A stretch of DNA of 64,000 nt from an uncultured Acidobacteriota bacterium (lineage in GTDB: Bacteria; Acidobacteriota; Vicinamibacteria; Vicinamibacterales; JAHECP01): contig CAWEUE010000003.1 of the NCBI GenBank assembly GCA_963812185.1, forward strand, positions 1,610,512 through 1,674,511, written 5' to 3'. The notes beneath the pieces were generated by a model that did not search any database, was not told the DNA's origin, and worked only from the letters and a program-made list of their open reading frames with translations. A program made the position numbers and the translations under genes. Shown here piece after piece: positions 1 to 9,295 of the stretch (position 1 is its first letter; each line of letters starts with the position of its first letter).

Positions 1-440
1 CCGACGAGCACGCGGCCGTCCACGATCACGCCGCCGCCGGTCCCCGTGCCGATGATCACCCCGAACACGACGTGCGCGCCGGCCGCCGCGCCGTCGGTCG
101 CCTCCGACAGCGCGAAGCAGTTCGCGTCGTTCGCCAGGCGCACCGGGCGCTCGAGGCGCAGGGCCAGGTCCCGGTCGAGCGGACGGCCGTTGAGCCACGT
201 GGAGTTGGCGTTCTTGACGACGCCCGTGGCCGGCGAGATCGCGCCCGGGATGCCCAGGCCGACGCTGCCCCGCTGGCCAGTCGTCCGCTCGATCGCGCGC
301 ACGAGGTCCACGAGGGCCTGGAGCGTGGCGTCGTAGTCGTCGCGCGGGGTGGGGACGCGCAGCCGGGCCAGCTCCCCGTGGCCGCGCTCGAGGGCGACCG
401 CTTCGATCTTCGTCCCGCCGAGGTCGATGCCGATGCGCAT
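1..440 (-). CDS. ROK-family sugar kinase (Mak-like fructokinase / N-acetylglucosamine kinase), N-terminal part; gene runs off the left edge
   Basis: Minus-strand translation from the ATG at complement 438-440 reads [18 protein letters not shown]...[15 protein letters not shown]...[14 protein letters not shown]...[15 protein letters not shown]. These are the ROK ATP-binding and signature regions. It is absent from the ORF track because it is open at the window edge. Confidence 0.8.
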   Translation of the reverse strand, partial: MRIGIDLGGTKIEAVALERGHGELARLRVPTPRDDYDATLQALVDLVRAIERTTGQRGSVGLGIPGAISPATGVVKNANSTWLNGRPLDRDLALRLERPVRLANDANCFALSEATDGAAAGAHVVFGVIIGTGTGGGVIVDGRVLV

Positions 441-515
441 GGGGTGTCCGATCAGGACCGTCCGGCGTCCGGCCTCAGCTCGGGCACGGCCACGAACCGC
501 GGCGGGTCGTCCGGG

Positions 516-1355
516 TCAATCTTCCGGTAGTCGAAGTACCTCGCTCAGGTAGCCGACCTGGATCTTCTTGACGAAGAGGAGATGACCGACGCCGGTCAGC
601 CGCGCCATGACGGGCAGCCACGTCCCGTCGGCGAGCCGGCTCCGCACGAACTCGCCGCGCATCCCCCGCTCGAAGCGCGCGAGAATGCTCCAGCCGAACG
701 AGACGGTGTCCACCGAGCGCGCCTCGGCGCGCACCACCTGGTGCGCGTCCTCGTCCACCCACGCCAGGCCCGTGAAGTGCCGGGCGAGCCGGCCTTCGCT
801 CGTCCGCGGGTGCGCGTCGTCCTTCGGCGAGAAGGCGATGACGATCAGCGACTGGCCGTCCGCCTGCTCGCGGCGCACCAGGCTGAAGTCGAACGTGTCG
901 AGCACGTCCTTCACCATCGCCCGGTCGCGGTCGGCGTCCTGCTTCAGGCGGGCGAGCCGGCGGACCCAATCCGTCGAGGACTCCCCGCGCAGGTTCTCCC
1001 TGAACCGGGCCACCTCGGCGAGTTGCTTCGCGTCGGCCGCCGCCAGCGCGTGCGCGCTCGCCTTCGTGCCGTTGCGCTCGACGAGGCGGTAGTAGGTGAG
1101 GTCGGAAACCGGCGACGGGTACACCTCGAAGACCTGGGTGTCCTTGGGCACCCAGGCGCCCGAGTCGTCCTGGCGCATCTCGATGCGGCGTTCCTTGAAG
1201 GTGTAGCGGCTCTGCAGGCGTTCGTCGCTGTCGAGATGCCTCCGCGTCTCGGCCAGGAACTCCGTCTTGTCCGGCAGCGGCCGCCGCTCCTGGCCCGGAG
1301 CCGCCATCAGCCCCGTCCAGCACAGCGCCACGAGCCCCAGTGCCCACCCTCGCAT
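516..1355 (-). CDS. hypothetical secreted protein; distant paralogue of the 24251..25165 product
   Basis: The 287-aa ORF has a coding-like composition. A signal-peptide-like N-terminus (MRGWALGLVALCWTGLMAAPG) follows an internal Met. Start is ambiguous between 1379 and 1355. Confidence 0.6.
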   Translation of the reverse strand: MRGWALGLVALCWTGLMAAPGQERRPLPDKTEFLAETRRHLDSDERLQSRYTFKERRIEMRQDDSGAWVPKDTQVFEVYPSPVSDLTYYRLVERNGTKASAHALAAADAKQLAEVARFRENLRGESSTDWVRRLARLKQDADRDRAMVKDVLDTFDFSLVRREQADGQSLIVIAFSPKDDAHPRTSEGRLARHFTGLAWVDEDAHQVVRAEARSVDTVSFGWSILARFERGMRGEFVRSRLADGTWLPVMARLTGVGHLLFVKKIQVGYLSEVLRLPED

Positions 1356-1474
1356 GCCGCCTCCGCGCGTCGCCTCCACCGGCGCACCCTCTGTCCATCA
1401 TGCCCGCCCGGGGCACAAACGTCCAGCGGCCCGTCCGGTGCGTCCGGCCGCGAGTCGTGATAGAAGATGTCGCC

Positions 1475-2671
1475 ATGCCGACGCGCCGCCCACGTCTCAT
1501 CCGCGCACTCGTCCGCCTCCTGCCGGCCGTGGCGATCCTCGCCGCGATCGCCGGGACCGCCCGGGCGCAGAACGAGCCCTATCCCGTCTACGACACCCGA
1601 TCGGTCGTCGTCCATGGCCCCTACCTGGTCGAGCCCGGCGAGACGGCCGTGACGATCGTCTGGCTGACCGACACGCCGGCCCAGGGCAAGGTCCGGTACG
1701 GCGAGACGGACGCGCTCGGCCGCGAGGCCGAGCCGGCCGAGCACGGCTTCGTGCCGGTCGGCACGCTGCACCACGTCCGCCTCATCGGCCTCAGGCCCGG
1801 CCGCACCTACCGCTACCGCGTCGTCTCGCGGCGCGTGGTGAGGCTCCGGGCCTACTGGCCCGAGATGGGCGTCGTGGACGAGAGCCCGCTCTACACGTTC
1901 ACGACGCTCGACCGCGCGAAGCCGGCGGCGTCGTTCAGCGCGATCACCGACACGCACGAGGACACGGCGCGCATCCGCGCGCTCGCGAAGCTCGTGGACT
2001 GGCCCGCCACCGACTTCTTCACGCACCTGGGCGACGGCGTCGACTGGCTGGCCGGCGAGGACCAGATGTTCGACCGCTGGCTGGACCCGCTCACCGCCGC
2101 GCTCGGCCACACGACGCCGCTCGTCTACGCGCGCGGCAACCACGAGATGCGGGGCCCCTTCGCGCGCGAGCTGTTCCGCTACCTGCCCGTCTCCACCGGC
2201 GAGCACTACTACGCGTTCGACGATGGGCCGGCGCACGTCGTGGTGCTCGACTCCGGGGAGGACAAGGCCGACGCGACCAACGTGTACGCGGGCCTCAACC
2301 GCGTCGAACCGTACCGCGAGCGCGAGCTGGCGTGGTGGCGGGCGCACGTGGCCGCCGAGCCGCGCGCGAGGACCGCGCCGTTCCAGATCGTGCTCGTCCA
2401 CCAGCCGGGCTGGGGCTTCGTCGGCGGCGGCCGCGCCGCGGACTGGACGGCGGCGGCCAACGCCGCCGGCGTGGACCTGGTGCTGGCGGGCCACCTGCAC
2501 CGCTACCGGCACGTCCTGCCGGGCACGTCCGGCAACGACTACCACCTCGTCGCGCTCGGGCAGGATCAGGTGGCGCGGGTGGACGTGTCGGCGACGGCGC
2601 TGAAGGTGGAGATCCGCGGCAGGGACGGGCAGGTGGTGGACGTCTTCACGCTGCCGAGGCGGGCCAGGTAG
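1475..2671 (+). CDS. metallophosphoesterase (purple-acid-phosphatase-like, secreted)
   Basis: ATG at 1475 gives MPTRRPRLIRALVRLLPAVAILAAIAGTARA, a signal peptide. An N-terminal beta-sandwich-like region follows (VTIVWLTD...GKVRYG...YRYRV). Calcineurin-type motifs are present: ITDTHED, GDGVDW, ARGNHE, VLVHQP, AGHLHRY. Confidence 0.85.
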   Translation: MPTRRPRLIRALVRLLPAVAILAAIAGTARAQNEPYPVYDTRSVVVHGPYLVEPGETAVTIVWLTDTPAQGKVRYGETDALGREAEPAEHGFVPVGTLHHVRLIGLRPGRTYRYRVVSRRVVRLRAYWPEMGVVDESPLYTFTTLDRAKPAASFSAITDTHEDTARIRALAKLVDWPATDFFTHLGDGVDWLAGEDQMFDRWLDPLTAALGHTTPLVYARGNHEMRGPFARELFRYLPVSTGEHYYAFDDGPAHVVVLDSGEDKADATNVYAGLNRVEPYRERELAWWRAHVAAEPRARTAPFQIVLVHQPGWGFVGGGRAADWTAAANAAGVDLVLAGHLHRYRHVLPGTSGNDYHLVALGQDQVARVDVSATALKVEIRGRDGQVVDVFTLPRRAR

Positions 2672-2742
2672 GGCGGCGGTGGCCCACGTAGGCGGGCGCG
2701 CGGCCAGTGTGAGACAATCGGGGACGCGCGTCCGCACCCGGT

Positions 2743-2819
2743 CGGGGCGTAGCGCAGCCTGGTAGCGCGCCTGCCTTGGGCGCAGGAGGCCCCGGGTTCG
2801 AATCCCGGCGCCCCGACCA
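2743..2819 (+). tRNA. tRNA-Pro (anticodon UGG) with encoded CCA
   Basis: Cloverleaf folded by hand. Acceptor CGGGGCG pairs with CGCCCCG. D-stem is GCGC/GCGC. Anticodon stem is CCTGC/GCAGG with loop CTTGGGC (anticodon TGG, G37). T-arm is CCGGG-TTCGAAT-CCCGG. Discriminator A is followed by CCA. Confidence 0.92.
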
Positions 2820-2837
2820 TTCCCTCCTTACGACTAC

Positions 2838-2892
2838 AGGTGCACAGGGGTGCACGAGGTGCACCCGGTGCACCGCGTGCGCCCCGTGCGCC
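2838..2892. repeat. GTGCAC-palindrome cluster (copy 1 of a two-copy intergenic motif)
   Basis: The sequence aggtgcacaggggtgcacgaggtgcacccggtgcaccgcgtgcgccccgtgcgcc contains four GTGCAC hexamers in about 36 nt. A near-identical core occurs at 22943-22979. Confidence 0.7.
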
Positions 2893-2920
2893 GTTCCTTC
2901 CCGAGCGGTAAACTGGAACC

Positions 2921-3286
2921 ATGGGTTGGCGCACCTGGGTCGCCCGCCTGACGGACTCGTCGGGGGTCGTGCTGACGCCGGCGGGCGTCCGCTCGGCCTA
3001 CGCCGTGGCCATCGCGACCGACGTCCTGCAGGTCGCGCTCGGCCCGTTCGGCTGGGCCTTCGCGGACGAGATCCTGGACGTCGTCGCGATGCTCGCCACG
3101 TCGTGGATCCTCGGGTTCCACCCGCTGCTGCTGCCCACCTTCCTGATCGAGCTCGTGCCCATCGTGGACGTCCTGCCGACGTGGACCGGCTGCGTCGCGC
3201 TGGTCGTGGCCATGCGCCGCAAGCGGCCGCCGCCGCCGGACGACGACGCGGTCACAATCGACGTCAAGCCGACGAGCGTCAGCTAA
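2921..3286 (+). CDS. small hypothetical membrane protein
   Basis: The 121-aa ORF has ATG at 2921 and hydrophobic segments (AYAVAIATDVLQVALGPFGWAF, VVAMLATSWILGFHPLLLPTFLIELVPIV, TGCVALVVAM). No recognisable family. Confidence 0.5.
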   Translation: MGWRTWVARLTDSSGVVLTPAGVRSAYAVAIATDVLQVALGPFGWAFADEILDVVAMLATSWILGFHPLLLPTFLIELVPIVDVLPTWTGCVALVVAMRRKRPPPPDDDAVTIDVKPTSVS

Positions 3287-3429
3287 CGCGTTTGCAGGGC
3301 GCACCTCGCGGAAGCGACGCGTCCCGAAGGCCGCACGACGGCTGGCGCAGGAGCCGGACCCTCGCCGCTGCGACCGGGTCGCGCTCGCCGGCAACCCTCG
3401 CTGCGCTCGGTACCCTGACGAGTGCGCAG

Positions 3430-3866
3430 CGGGCATGGCATGCCGACCGACAACTCCGACCGACCGGCCACCGCCTTGGGCAACGCGACAACCGAAGCTC
3501 GCGAAGCGATAGCCCGCTGCGGAAGACTCGGCTCCGCTCGGGTTGCGTTCGGCTCGGCTCACGGCCGCCGCGGCGAGGGCCCGGCTCCTGTGCGGGAGCA
3601 CCGCGCCGCAGGCCGGTCGGGGCCTCGCGCGGCGGGCCGTGGAGGCCGCCCGCTTCCCGATTCCGGAACGCGAGCGGAGCGAGCCTTGCGCGGCGGGCTG
3701 CAACTGCGCGGGCGTCGATGTCCGGCACACCCCCACCGGTGGCCGGTACGTTGGGGTGTTGATCGGCGAACCCTGCCCGCCGCGCGGACCGGGAGGGCAT
3801 CGAGCCGCAGCGGGCGTTCCCGGGCGGCCGAATGCCGGACGGCCGCGCGAGGCCCCGACCGGCCCC
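3430..3866. repeat. composite dispersed repeat, about 420-bp unit (copy 1)
   Basis: Shares long blocks with 16369-16850. Identical runs include cggtacgttggggtgttgatcggcgaaccctgcccgccgcgcgga and gcgaagcgatagcccgctgcggaagactcggctccgctcgggttgcg. The unit is circularly permuted between the two loci. Confidence 0.8.
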
Positions 3867-3921
3867 TTCGAAGAGCCACCTGCGCGGTCCGGTTCGGTTG
3901 CGGCTTCGCTGCTTTGTGCGC

Positions 3922-5059
3922 TTACTGTCCTGCCTGACCCGTAATCCTCTCGATCAGCGCCGGGTCGTCCGGCAGCAATCCCACCTTCGGCAGCCGGCGC
4001 GTCAGCTCCACCCAGCCCTTCTGCATCGCGAACGCGCGCTTGAAGAGCGGCAGCGACTCGTCCACGCGGCCCATCGTCACCAGCGCGACCGCGTGCCAGT
4101 AGATCATCTCGGCCAGCCGGCTCGGAAGCACGCCCTCGGTCTTCGACGCGATCGCCTCGGCGGCGGAGGTACTCGCGCAGCGCGCCCTCGTTGTCGCCGT
4201 GCTCGACGGCCAGGTCGCCCGCGTTCATGTGGTTGTACGCGCGCTGCAGCGACACCAGCCGGCGCAGCTCCGGAATCGGCCGATCGGCGTCGTCCACGCG
4301 CAGGTCGAACACGGTGTCCTGCCAGGGCTGCCCGCTCGACGCCGCCTTGACGACGATGATGGCGGCCGATTGGCGGCCGCGGATGTCGCCGCCGGCGGCC
4401 TGACCGGCCTCGAGCGCGGCCAGCAGCCGCTCGGCCAGGTCGCCGGGGGACGTCTCGAACGCCTTCGCCATCGCGGGCCAGATCGTGTCGTTGGCCATGA
4501 GGTTGGCCTGCGCGGCGAACCCGCGGCCGACGTCGCCGCGGCCGCCGCAGGGATGCACGAACGGCACGCCGTTCTCCATCGAGCGCGCCGCGCCGGCGCC
4601 GCCGCAGTCGTCCTGCCAGCCGCCGGATCGGTCGCCCGCGACGCCGCCCGCCGAGGGGATGTCGCCGGCGCCCGTCCACGTCGCGACGGCGCCCGTCGCG
4701 TCCACGAAGGCGACCTGACGGACGGCCCGTCCCGCGTCGGCGGCGAGCAGGGCCTTCAGCGCGTCCGGCGCGCGCTTGCCCGCGTCCATCAGCGCCAGCC
4801 CGAGCGGCCCGTAGCTGGGATCGACGAACGACTGCGTGGCGACCGCGCCCACGCCGGCCCGCGCCCAGATCACGTTGGACCCGACGGCGAACCAGTGCGA
4901 CTGCACGGCGGCGCCCATCTCGCCGGTGCGCGGGTCGCGCGCGACGATCGAGAAGGTATGCACCGGGCGAGTAACGCGCGCAACCTGAGGTGCGCGCTGG
5001 GCCGAGACGAACGGGATCAGCGACGCGGCCAGCACAACGGTCAGCACAGCTCTGCTCAT
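3922..5059 (-). pseudogene. DUF1028 family Ntn-hydrolase-like protein, interrupted by a +1 frameshift near 4168
   Basis: The N-terminal part lies in ORF 2834..5146: signal peptide MSRAVLTVVLAASLIPFVSA, then HTFSIVARDPRTGEMGAAVQSHWFAVG. The C-terminal part lies in ORF 3922..4131 (LPSRLAEMIYWHAVALVTMGRVDESLPLFKRAF). The frames join if one C is removed from gagtacCtccgcc, giving ...ALREYSAAEAIASKTEGVLPSRL. Confidence 0.8.
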
Positions 5060-5161
5060 AGTGTGTCCTTGCGCAAATGGGTGTTCCCGAAACGGCGGCA
5101 ACGGCCTTATTATCCTCGCGGCGCGGGCTCCAAGGGGAGCCGTCATCGAGGAGACTCATTC

Positions 5162-5996
5162 ATGCACGCTCGGCACGCGACCCCGCTCGTCATCGCCTTC
5201 ATCCTTCTCGGTTTCGGCCTGCCGGCCGCGGCCGCCGACAAGCCCGGGTGCACGGATCACCCGCTCTTCCCCACGCGCATGCCCGGCTATTCCATCGCCG
5301 ACTGCGTGCAGAACGAGTTCGACCGCTACGAATTCTTCACGCTCAAGCCCCCCAGGCACGCCGAGGAAGGCAGGTTCACGTTCATCACCTACAGGTTCGA
5401 CGCCAAGGCGGGCGAGCCGAGCGCGGTCGCCGTCGTCCGCAACTACGAGAACGCGATCAAGAAGGCCGGCGGCACGGTCGTCGGCAGCGTGCCCACCTGG
5501 TGGGTGGTCGGCACGATCGTCGCCGACGGCAAGGAGGTGTGGGTCCAGGCCGAGAGGGGCAACGGCAAGATCTGGCTGCGCATCGTCGAGAAGCAGGCGA
5601 TGGAGCAGTACATCACCGCCGACGCCGCCGCCTTCGGGAACGACATCAACACGACCGGACACGCGTCGATTTACGGCATCTACTTCGACACGGGCAAGGC
5701 GGATTCTGAAGCCCGAGTCCACGCCCGCGCTGCAGGAGGTGGCCAAGCTCCTCGCGAACGACCCGTCCCTGAAGCTCTTCGTCGTCGGCCACACCGACGC
5801 GGTCGGCCAGGTGGACGCCAATCTGCAGCTCTCCCAGGCGCGCGCCGAAGCCGTCGTGAAGGCGCTCGTGGCGGGCCACGGCGTCGCCGCCGCGCGTCTC
5901 AGGAGCTACGGTGTGGGGCCGCTGTCACCGGTGTCGAGCAACGCCACCGAGGAGGGCCGCGCGAAGAACCGCCGCGTGGAGCTGGTGAAGCAGTAG
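5162..5996 (+). pseudogene. OmpA-family protein (N-terminal DUF4892-like domain plus C-terminal OmpA domain), +1 frameshift at 5704-5705
   Basis: ATG at 5162 gives MHARHATPLVIAFILLGFGLPAAAADKPGC (signal or lipobox-like). The frame changes after ...IYGIYFDTGKAD. The second frame gives LKPESTPALQEVAKLLANDPSLKLFVVGHTDAVG...NRRVELVKQ, the OmpA_C motifs. Removing one T from GATTCT restores GKADLKPES. Confidence 0.8.
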
Positions 5997-5999
5997 GGT

Positions 6000-8972
6000 T
6001 CAGCTCGCCTCGGCTGGAGCGTCGAGCGCCCGGCGCACGACGGTGAGGAGATCGGTCGATCCGAAGGGCTTCTCGAGGAACTCGGCCTGGCTCTGCAGCA
6101 CCCCGTCGCGCAGCACGCGCTCGGTGTAGCCCGACATGTAGACCGCCTTCATCGGGCGCATGCCCCGGAGGCGCACCATCATCTCGGGACCGCTGAGGCC
6201 GGGCATGACCACGTCGGTCAGCACGAGCGCGATCGGCTCGTCCGACGCCGCGATCGCCAGCGCCGCCTCGCCCGTCTCGGCCTCCAGCACGCGGTAGCCG
6301 TGCCGCCGGAGCAGCATGCCCGCGAAGCGCCGGACGTTGTCCTCGTCCTCCACGAGCAGGATCGTCTCGCTCCCGACCGAGGCCGGCTCGCACGGCTCGA
6401 CGCGCTGCGGCTGCCAGCCCGCGGCCGGCGCCGCCTCGGGCAGGTAGATCTTCACGGTGGTGCCGCGGTCCGGCTCGCTGTACACCCAGATGTACCCGGA
6501 GAGCTGCTTCACGATGCCGTAGGCCGTGGCCAGCCCGAGGCCGGTGCCGCGCCCCGGCCCTTTGGTCGTGAAGAACGGCTCGAAGGCGCGCGCGCGCGTG
6601 GCCGCGTCCATGCCGCAGCCGTTGTCGCTCACCGCCACCATCGCGTAGCGGCCCGGCCGGATCTTCACCGGCCCGGGCTGCCGGTAGCCGTCGACGAGCT
6701 CCACGCACGTGGTCTCGAGCGTGAGCTGGCCGCCCGCGGGCATCGCGTCGCGCGCGTTCAGCGCGAGGTTCAGGAGCACCTGCTCGAACTGCAGCGCGTC
6801 GAGGCGCACGCGCGGGACCTCGGGGTCGAGCAGCGTGTCGACCTTCACGTCCTCGCCCAGCATGCGGGTGAGCGTGCGCTCGAAGCGCTCGATGAGCCCG
6901 TTCGGGTCCTGCACGTCCACCTTCAGGAGCTGGCGCCGGCTGAACGCGAGCAGCCGCCGGGTGAGCGCCGCCGCGCCCAGCGCCGCGCGCCGGATCTCGT
7001 CGAGGTCGGCGCTCATGGGCTTCTCGCTGTCGATCTGGGCGAGCAGGCCGTTGGTATAGCCGAGGATCACGGTGAGCTGGTTGTTGAAGTCGTGCGCCAC
7101 GCCGCCGGCCAGCCGTCCGATGGCGTCCATCTTCTGCGCGTGGCGGACCTCGTCCTCGAGCACACGCTGGCGCGTCACGTCCTCGGCGAACGCCTCGAAC
7201 GCCACGGTGGTGTCGGCATCGTCGCGCACCCGCCGTCCGTACATGCGCAGGCCCACGCCCCGCCCGTTGTGCCGCACGAACTCCAGCTCCACGGGCGCGA
7301 CCTGGTCCACGGCCCACTGGGCCAGCAGGTCGGCGACCTCCGCGGAGCTGGCCGCCAGCCCGCCGAGCTGCGTGCCCTCGACGTCGGCCGGCTCGGTGAA
7401 GCCGAGCATCCGCGCGAACGACTCGTTCACCTGCACCAGCCGCCCGTCGGCCGTCAGGCGGACGATGCCGAGCGGCGCGTGGTCGAAGAGCGCGCGGTGC
7501 CGCCGCTCGCTCTCCATCAGCCGCTCGCGCAGCCGCGTGTCCTCGGTCACGTCGCGCTCGACCGAGGCGAAGTGCGTCAGGCGGCCGCCGGTGTCGAACA
7601 TCGGCACGACGACGCAGGCCGCGAGGAACGTCGTCCCGTCGCGCCGGCGCCGGACCACGGTGCGGCGCCAGGCGCCCTCGCCGTAGGCCGCGGCGCCCAC
7701 CGCCTCGAGGTCGAGCCGCTCGTGCTCCGCGGTCACGTCGCGCACCGTCCGCATCGCCAGCTCCGACTGCCGGTACCCCACGGCGCGGCAGAACGCGAGG
7801 TTCGCGTGCACGATGCGCCCGTCGCCGCGGAAGACCAGGACGAGGTCGGTGGTCTGCTCAATCGCGCTGGCGAGCAGCCGCGCCTTCACGTCGGCGGCCC
7901 GCTGGCCGGACCGTTCCACGGCGAGGCGCGCCATGAGCAGCGGCAGCACGGACACGATCGTCACCGCCGTCGACATGTCGCGGAAGCGCGCGACGGCCAC
8001 GTCGATCGGAAAGGCCAGGCGCAGACCGTAGTCGATCACCGGCAGCAGCGCCAGGACCCCGAAGATCACCCACGGGCGCGAGGGCGTCAGCTCCGCGTCC
8101 TCGTCGGCGCGCTCCACGGCCGGCGACGCCGGCGCCGCCGCGACCGCCCAGGGAAAGAAGAAGAACGGCAGGATCCAGGTGAAGTCGTAGACGAAGACGC
8201 TGCGGTACTCCCCCTCCCAGATCCCCTGGTTCGAGAGCGTCAGCATCGCCAGCCCCACCGCCGCGCCCACCGCGAGCCGGAGGTAGGTCTGGCGCCACGG
8301 GCCGCGCCGCGCCACCACGGCCACCGCCGCCAGGCCCGCGAGCACGAGCAGCTGCTGCACCTCCGAGAGGAACACCAGCGAGACCGACGCCTGCTGCACG
8401 GAGAGGCCGCCCACGTCGGCGCCCATCACCACGTAGGAGTACAGATAGCCGGCGAGCACCGCGATCCCCGCGATGTCCACGGCCGTCGTCGCGGCGATCG
8501 GCTCGCGCGCGCCGCGGTGCGGCTGGGCGAGCAGCGCGAAGAGCGGCGCCGACGCGCCGAACAGCGCGAAGACGGCGTGCCAGCCGAGCCACGACGTCTC
8601 GTGCGCCAGCAGCAGCTCGTCGAGCGTCCAGCCGATGAAGCCCACCGCCGAGATGGCGAGGCCGAGCGCGATGGTCACCCAGAAGAGCCAGTGGCAGCCC
8701 GTCCAGCTCCGGCGGCGGCGCACGATGGCCGCGACGCCGAGGAGCGGCGGCACGAGGAGGGCGACGGTGCGGAAGGCGACGAGCCAGAACGTCTGGTCGC
8801 GCAGCCACCACCCGACGAGCAGATAGCCCGCCGAGTAGAGGATGCCGGCGGCCAGCCAGCCCAGGTGGCGATCGGCCGCGGGGGGGCCCACGGCCGCGTC
8901 GGCCGGCGAAGGGGGACGCGCGGCGGCCGGCGGCGCCGACATGTCTACTGGAGGCCCGGGAGCGTTGGCCAT
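6000..8972 (-). CDS. hybrid sensor histidine kinase / response regulator (multi-TM N-terminus, two PAS-like regions, HisKA, HATPase_c, C-terminal receiver)
   Basis: H-box [18 protein letters not shown]-box [13 protein letters not shown]-boxes SDNGCGMD and [11 protein letters not shown], and receiver [13 protein letters not shown]...[13 protein letters not shown]...KPF. About 8 hydrophobic helices lie at the N-terminus. Start is uncertain (8972, 8942 or 9125). Confidence 0.85.
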   Translation of the reverse strand: MANAPGPPVDMSAPPAAARPPSPADAAVGPPAADRHLGWLAAGILYSAGYLLVGWWLRDQTFWLVAFRTVALLVPPLLGVAAIVRRRRSWTGCHWLFWVTIALGLAISAVGFIGWTLDELLLAHETSWLGWHAVFALFGASAPLFALLAQPHRGAREPIAATTAVDIAGIAVLAGYLYSYVVMGADVGGLSVQQASVSLVFLSEVQQLLVLAGLAAVAVVARRGPWRQTYLRLAVGAAVGLAMLTLSNQGIWEGEYRSVFVYDFTWILPFFFFPWAVAAAPASPAVERADEDAELTPSRPWVIFGVLALLPVIDYGLRLAFPIDVAVARFRDMSTAVTIVSVLPLLMARLAVERSGQRAADVKARLLASAIEQTTDLVLVFRGDGRIVHANLAFCRAVGYRQSELAMRTVRDVTAEHERLDLEAVGAAAYGEGAWRRTVVRRRRDGTTFLAACVVVPMFDTGGRLTHFASVERDVTEDTRLRERLMESERRHRALFDHAPLGIVRLTADGRLVQVNESFARMLGFTEPADVEGTQLGGLAASSAEVADLLAQWAVDQVAPVELEFVRHNGRGVGLRMYGRRVRDDADTTVAFEAFAEDVTRQRVLEDEVRHAQKMDAIGRLAGGVAHDFNNQLTVILGYTNGLLAQIDSEKPMSADLDEIRRAALGAAALTRRLLAFSRRQLLKVDVQDPNGLIERFERTLTRMLGEDVKVDTLLDPEVPRVRLDALQFEQVLLNLALNARDAMPAGGQLTLETTCVELVDGYRQPGPVKIRPGRYAMVAVSDNGCGMDAATRARAFEPFFTTKGPGRGTGLGLATAYGIVKQLSGYIWVYSEPDRGTTVKIYLPEAAPAAGWQPQRVEPCEPASVGSETILLVEDEDNVRRFAGMLLRRHGYRVLEAETGEAALAIAASDEPIALVLTDVVMPGLSGPEMMVRLRGMRPMKAVYMSGYTERVLRDGVLQSQAEFLEKPFGSTDLLTVVRRALDAPAEAS

Positions 8973-9295
8973 CTCAAAACGACCCACTCGTAACGGTTCT
9001 GTAATCGATCGTACAGGCTGAAGGCGCGGGAATCCGCCGATTGGGCGAAATCCGACCGCGTCGCGGCCTCCGATGCAGCCTGACCGAGCAAGCTCCGTAC
9101 CCCGGTGACGAAATGTGCAGTCCACGGGGCGCCGGCAAGCGTCCGGGCATGTGGCCGCTTCCGCCCCCGGCCGGGGGAATGGTACGCTAGCTCCATCGAG
9201 GTTCCGCGCCTCCCGCGCGCGACACGCCCCATGAGCTCCCTTTCGAACGGGCTGGCGACCGCCAGCGTCCCCGTGCGTGCCCGCCGCGCCCGCCC

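Noticed and set aside
2743-3920. A genomic island or prophage integrated at tRNA-Pro.
   Set aside because: There is no integrase, no phage or transposase genes, and no direct repeat of the tRNA 3' end downstream. Only a small membrane ORF and non-coding repeats follow.
2834-5146. The 770-aa minus-strand ORF as a single large protein.
   Set aside because: Only the part from 5059 down to about 4170 has DUF1028 motifs. After the frameshift it becomes low-complexity and runs through the 420-bp repeat and the GTGCAC cluster. The true C-terminus is in the 3922..4131 frame.
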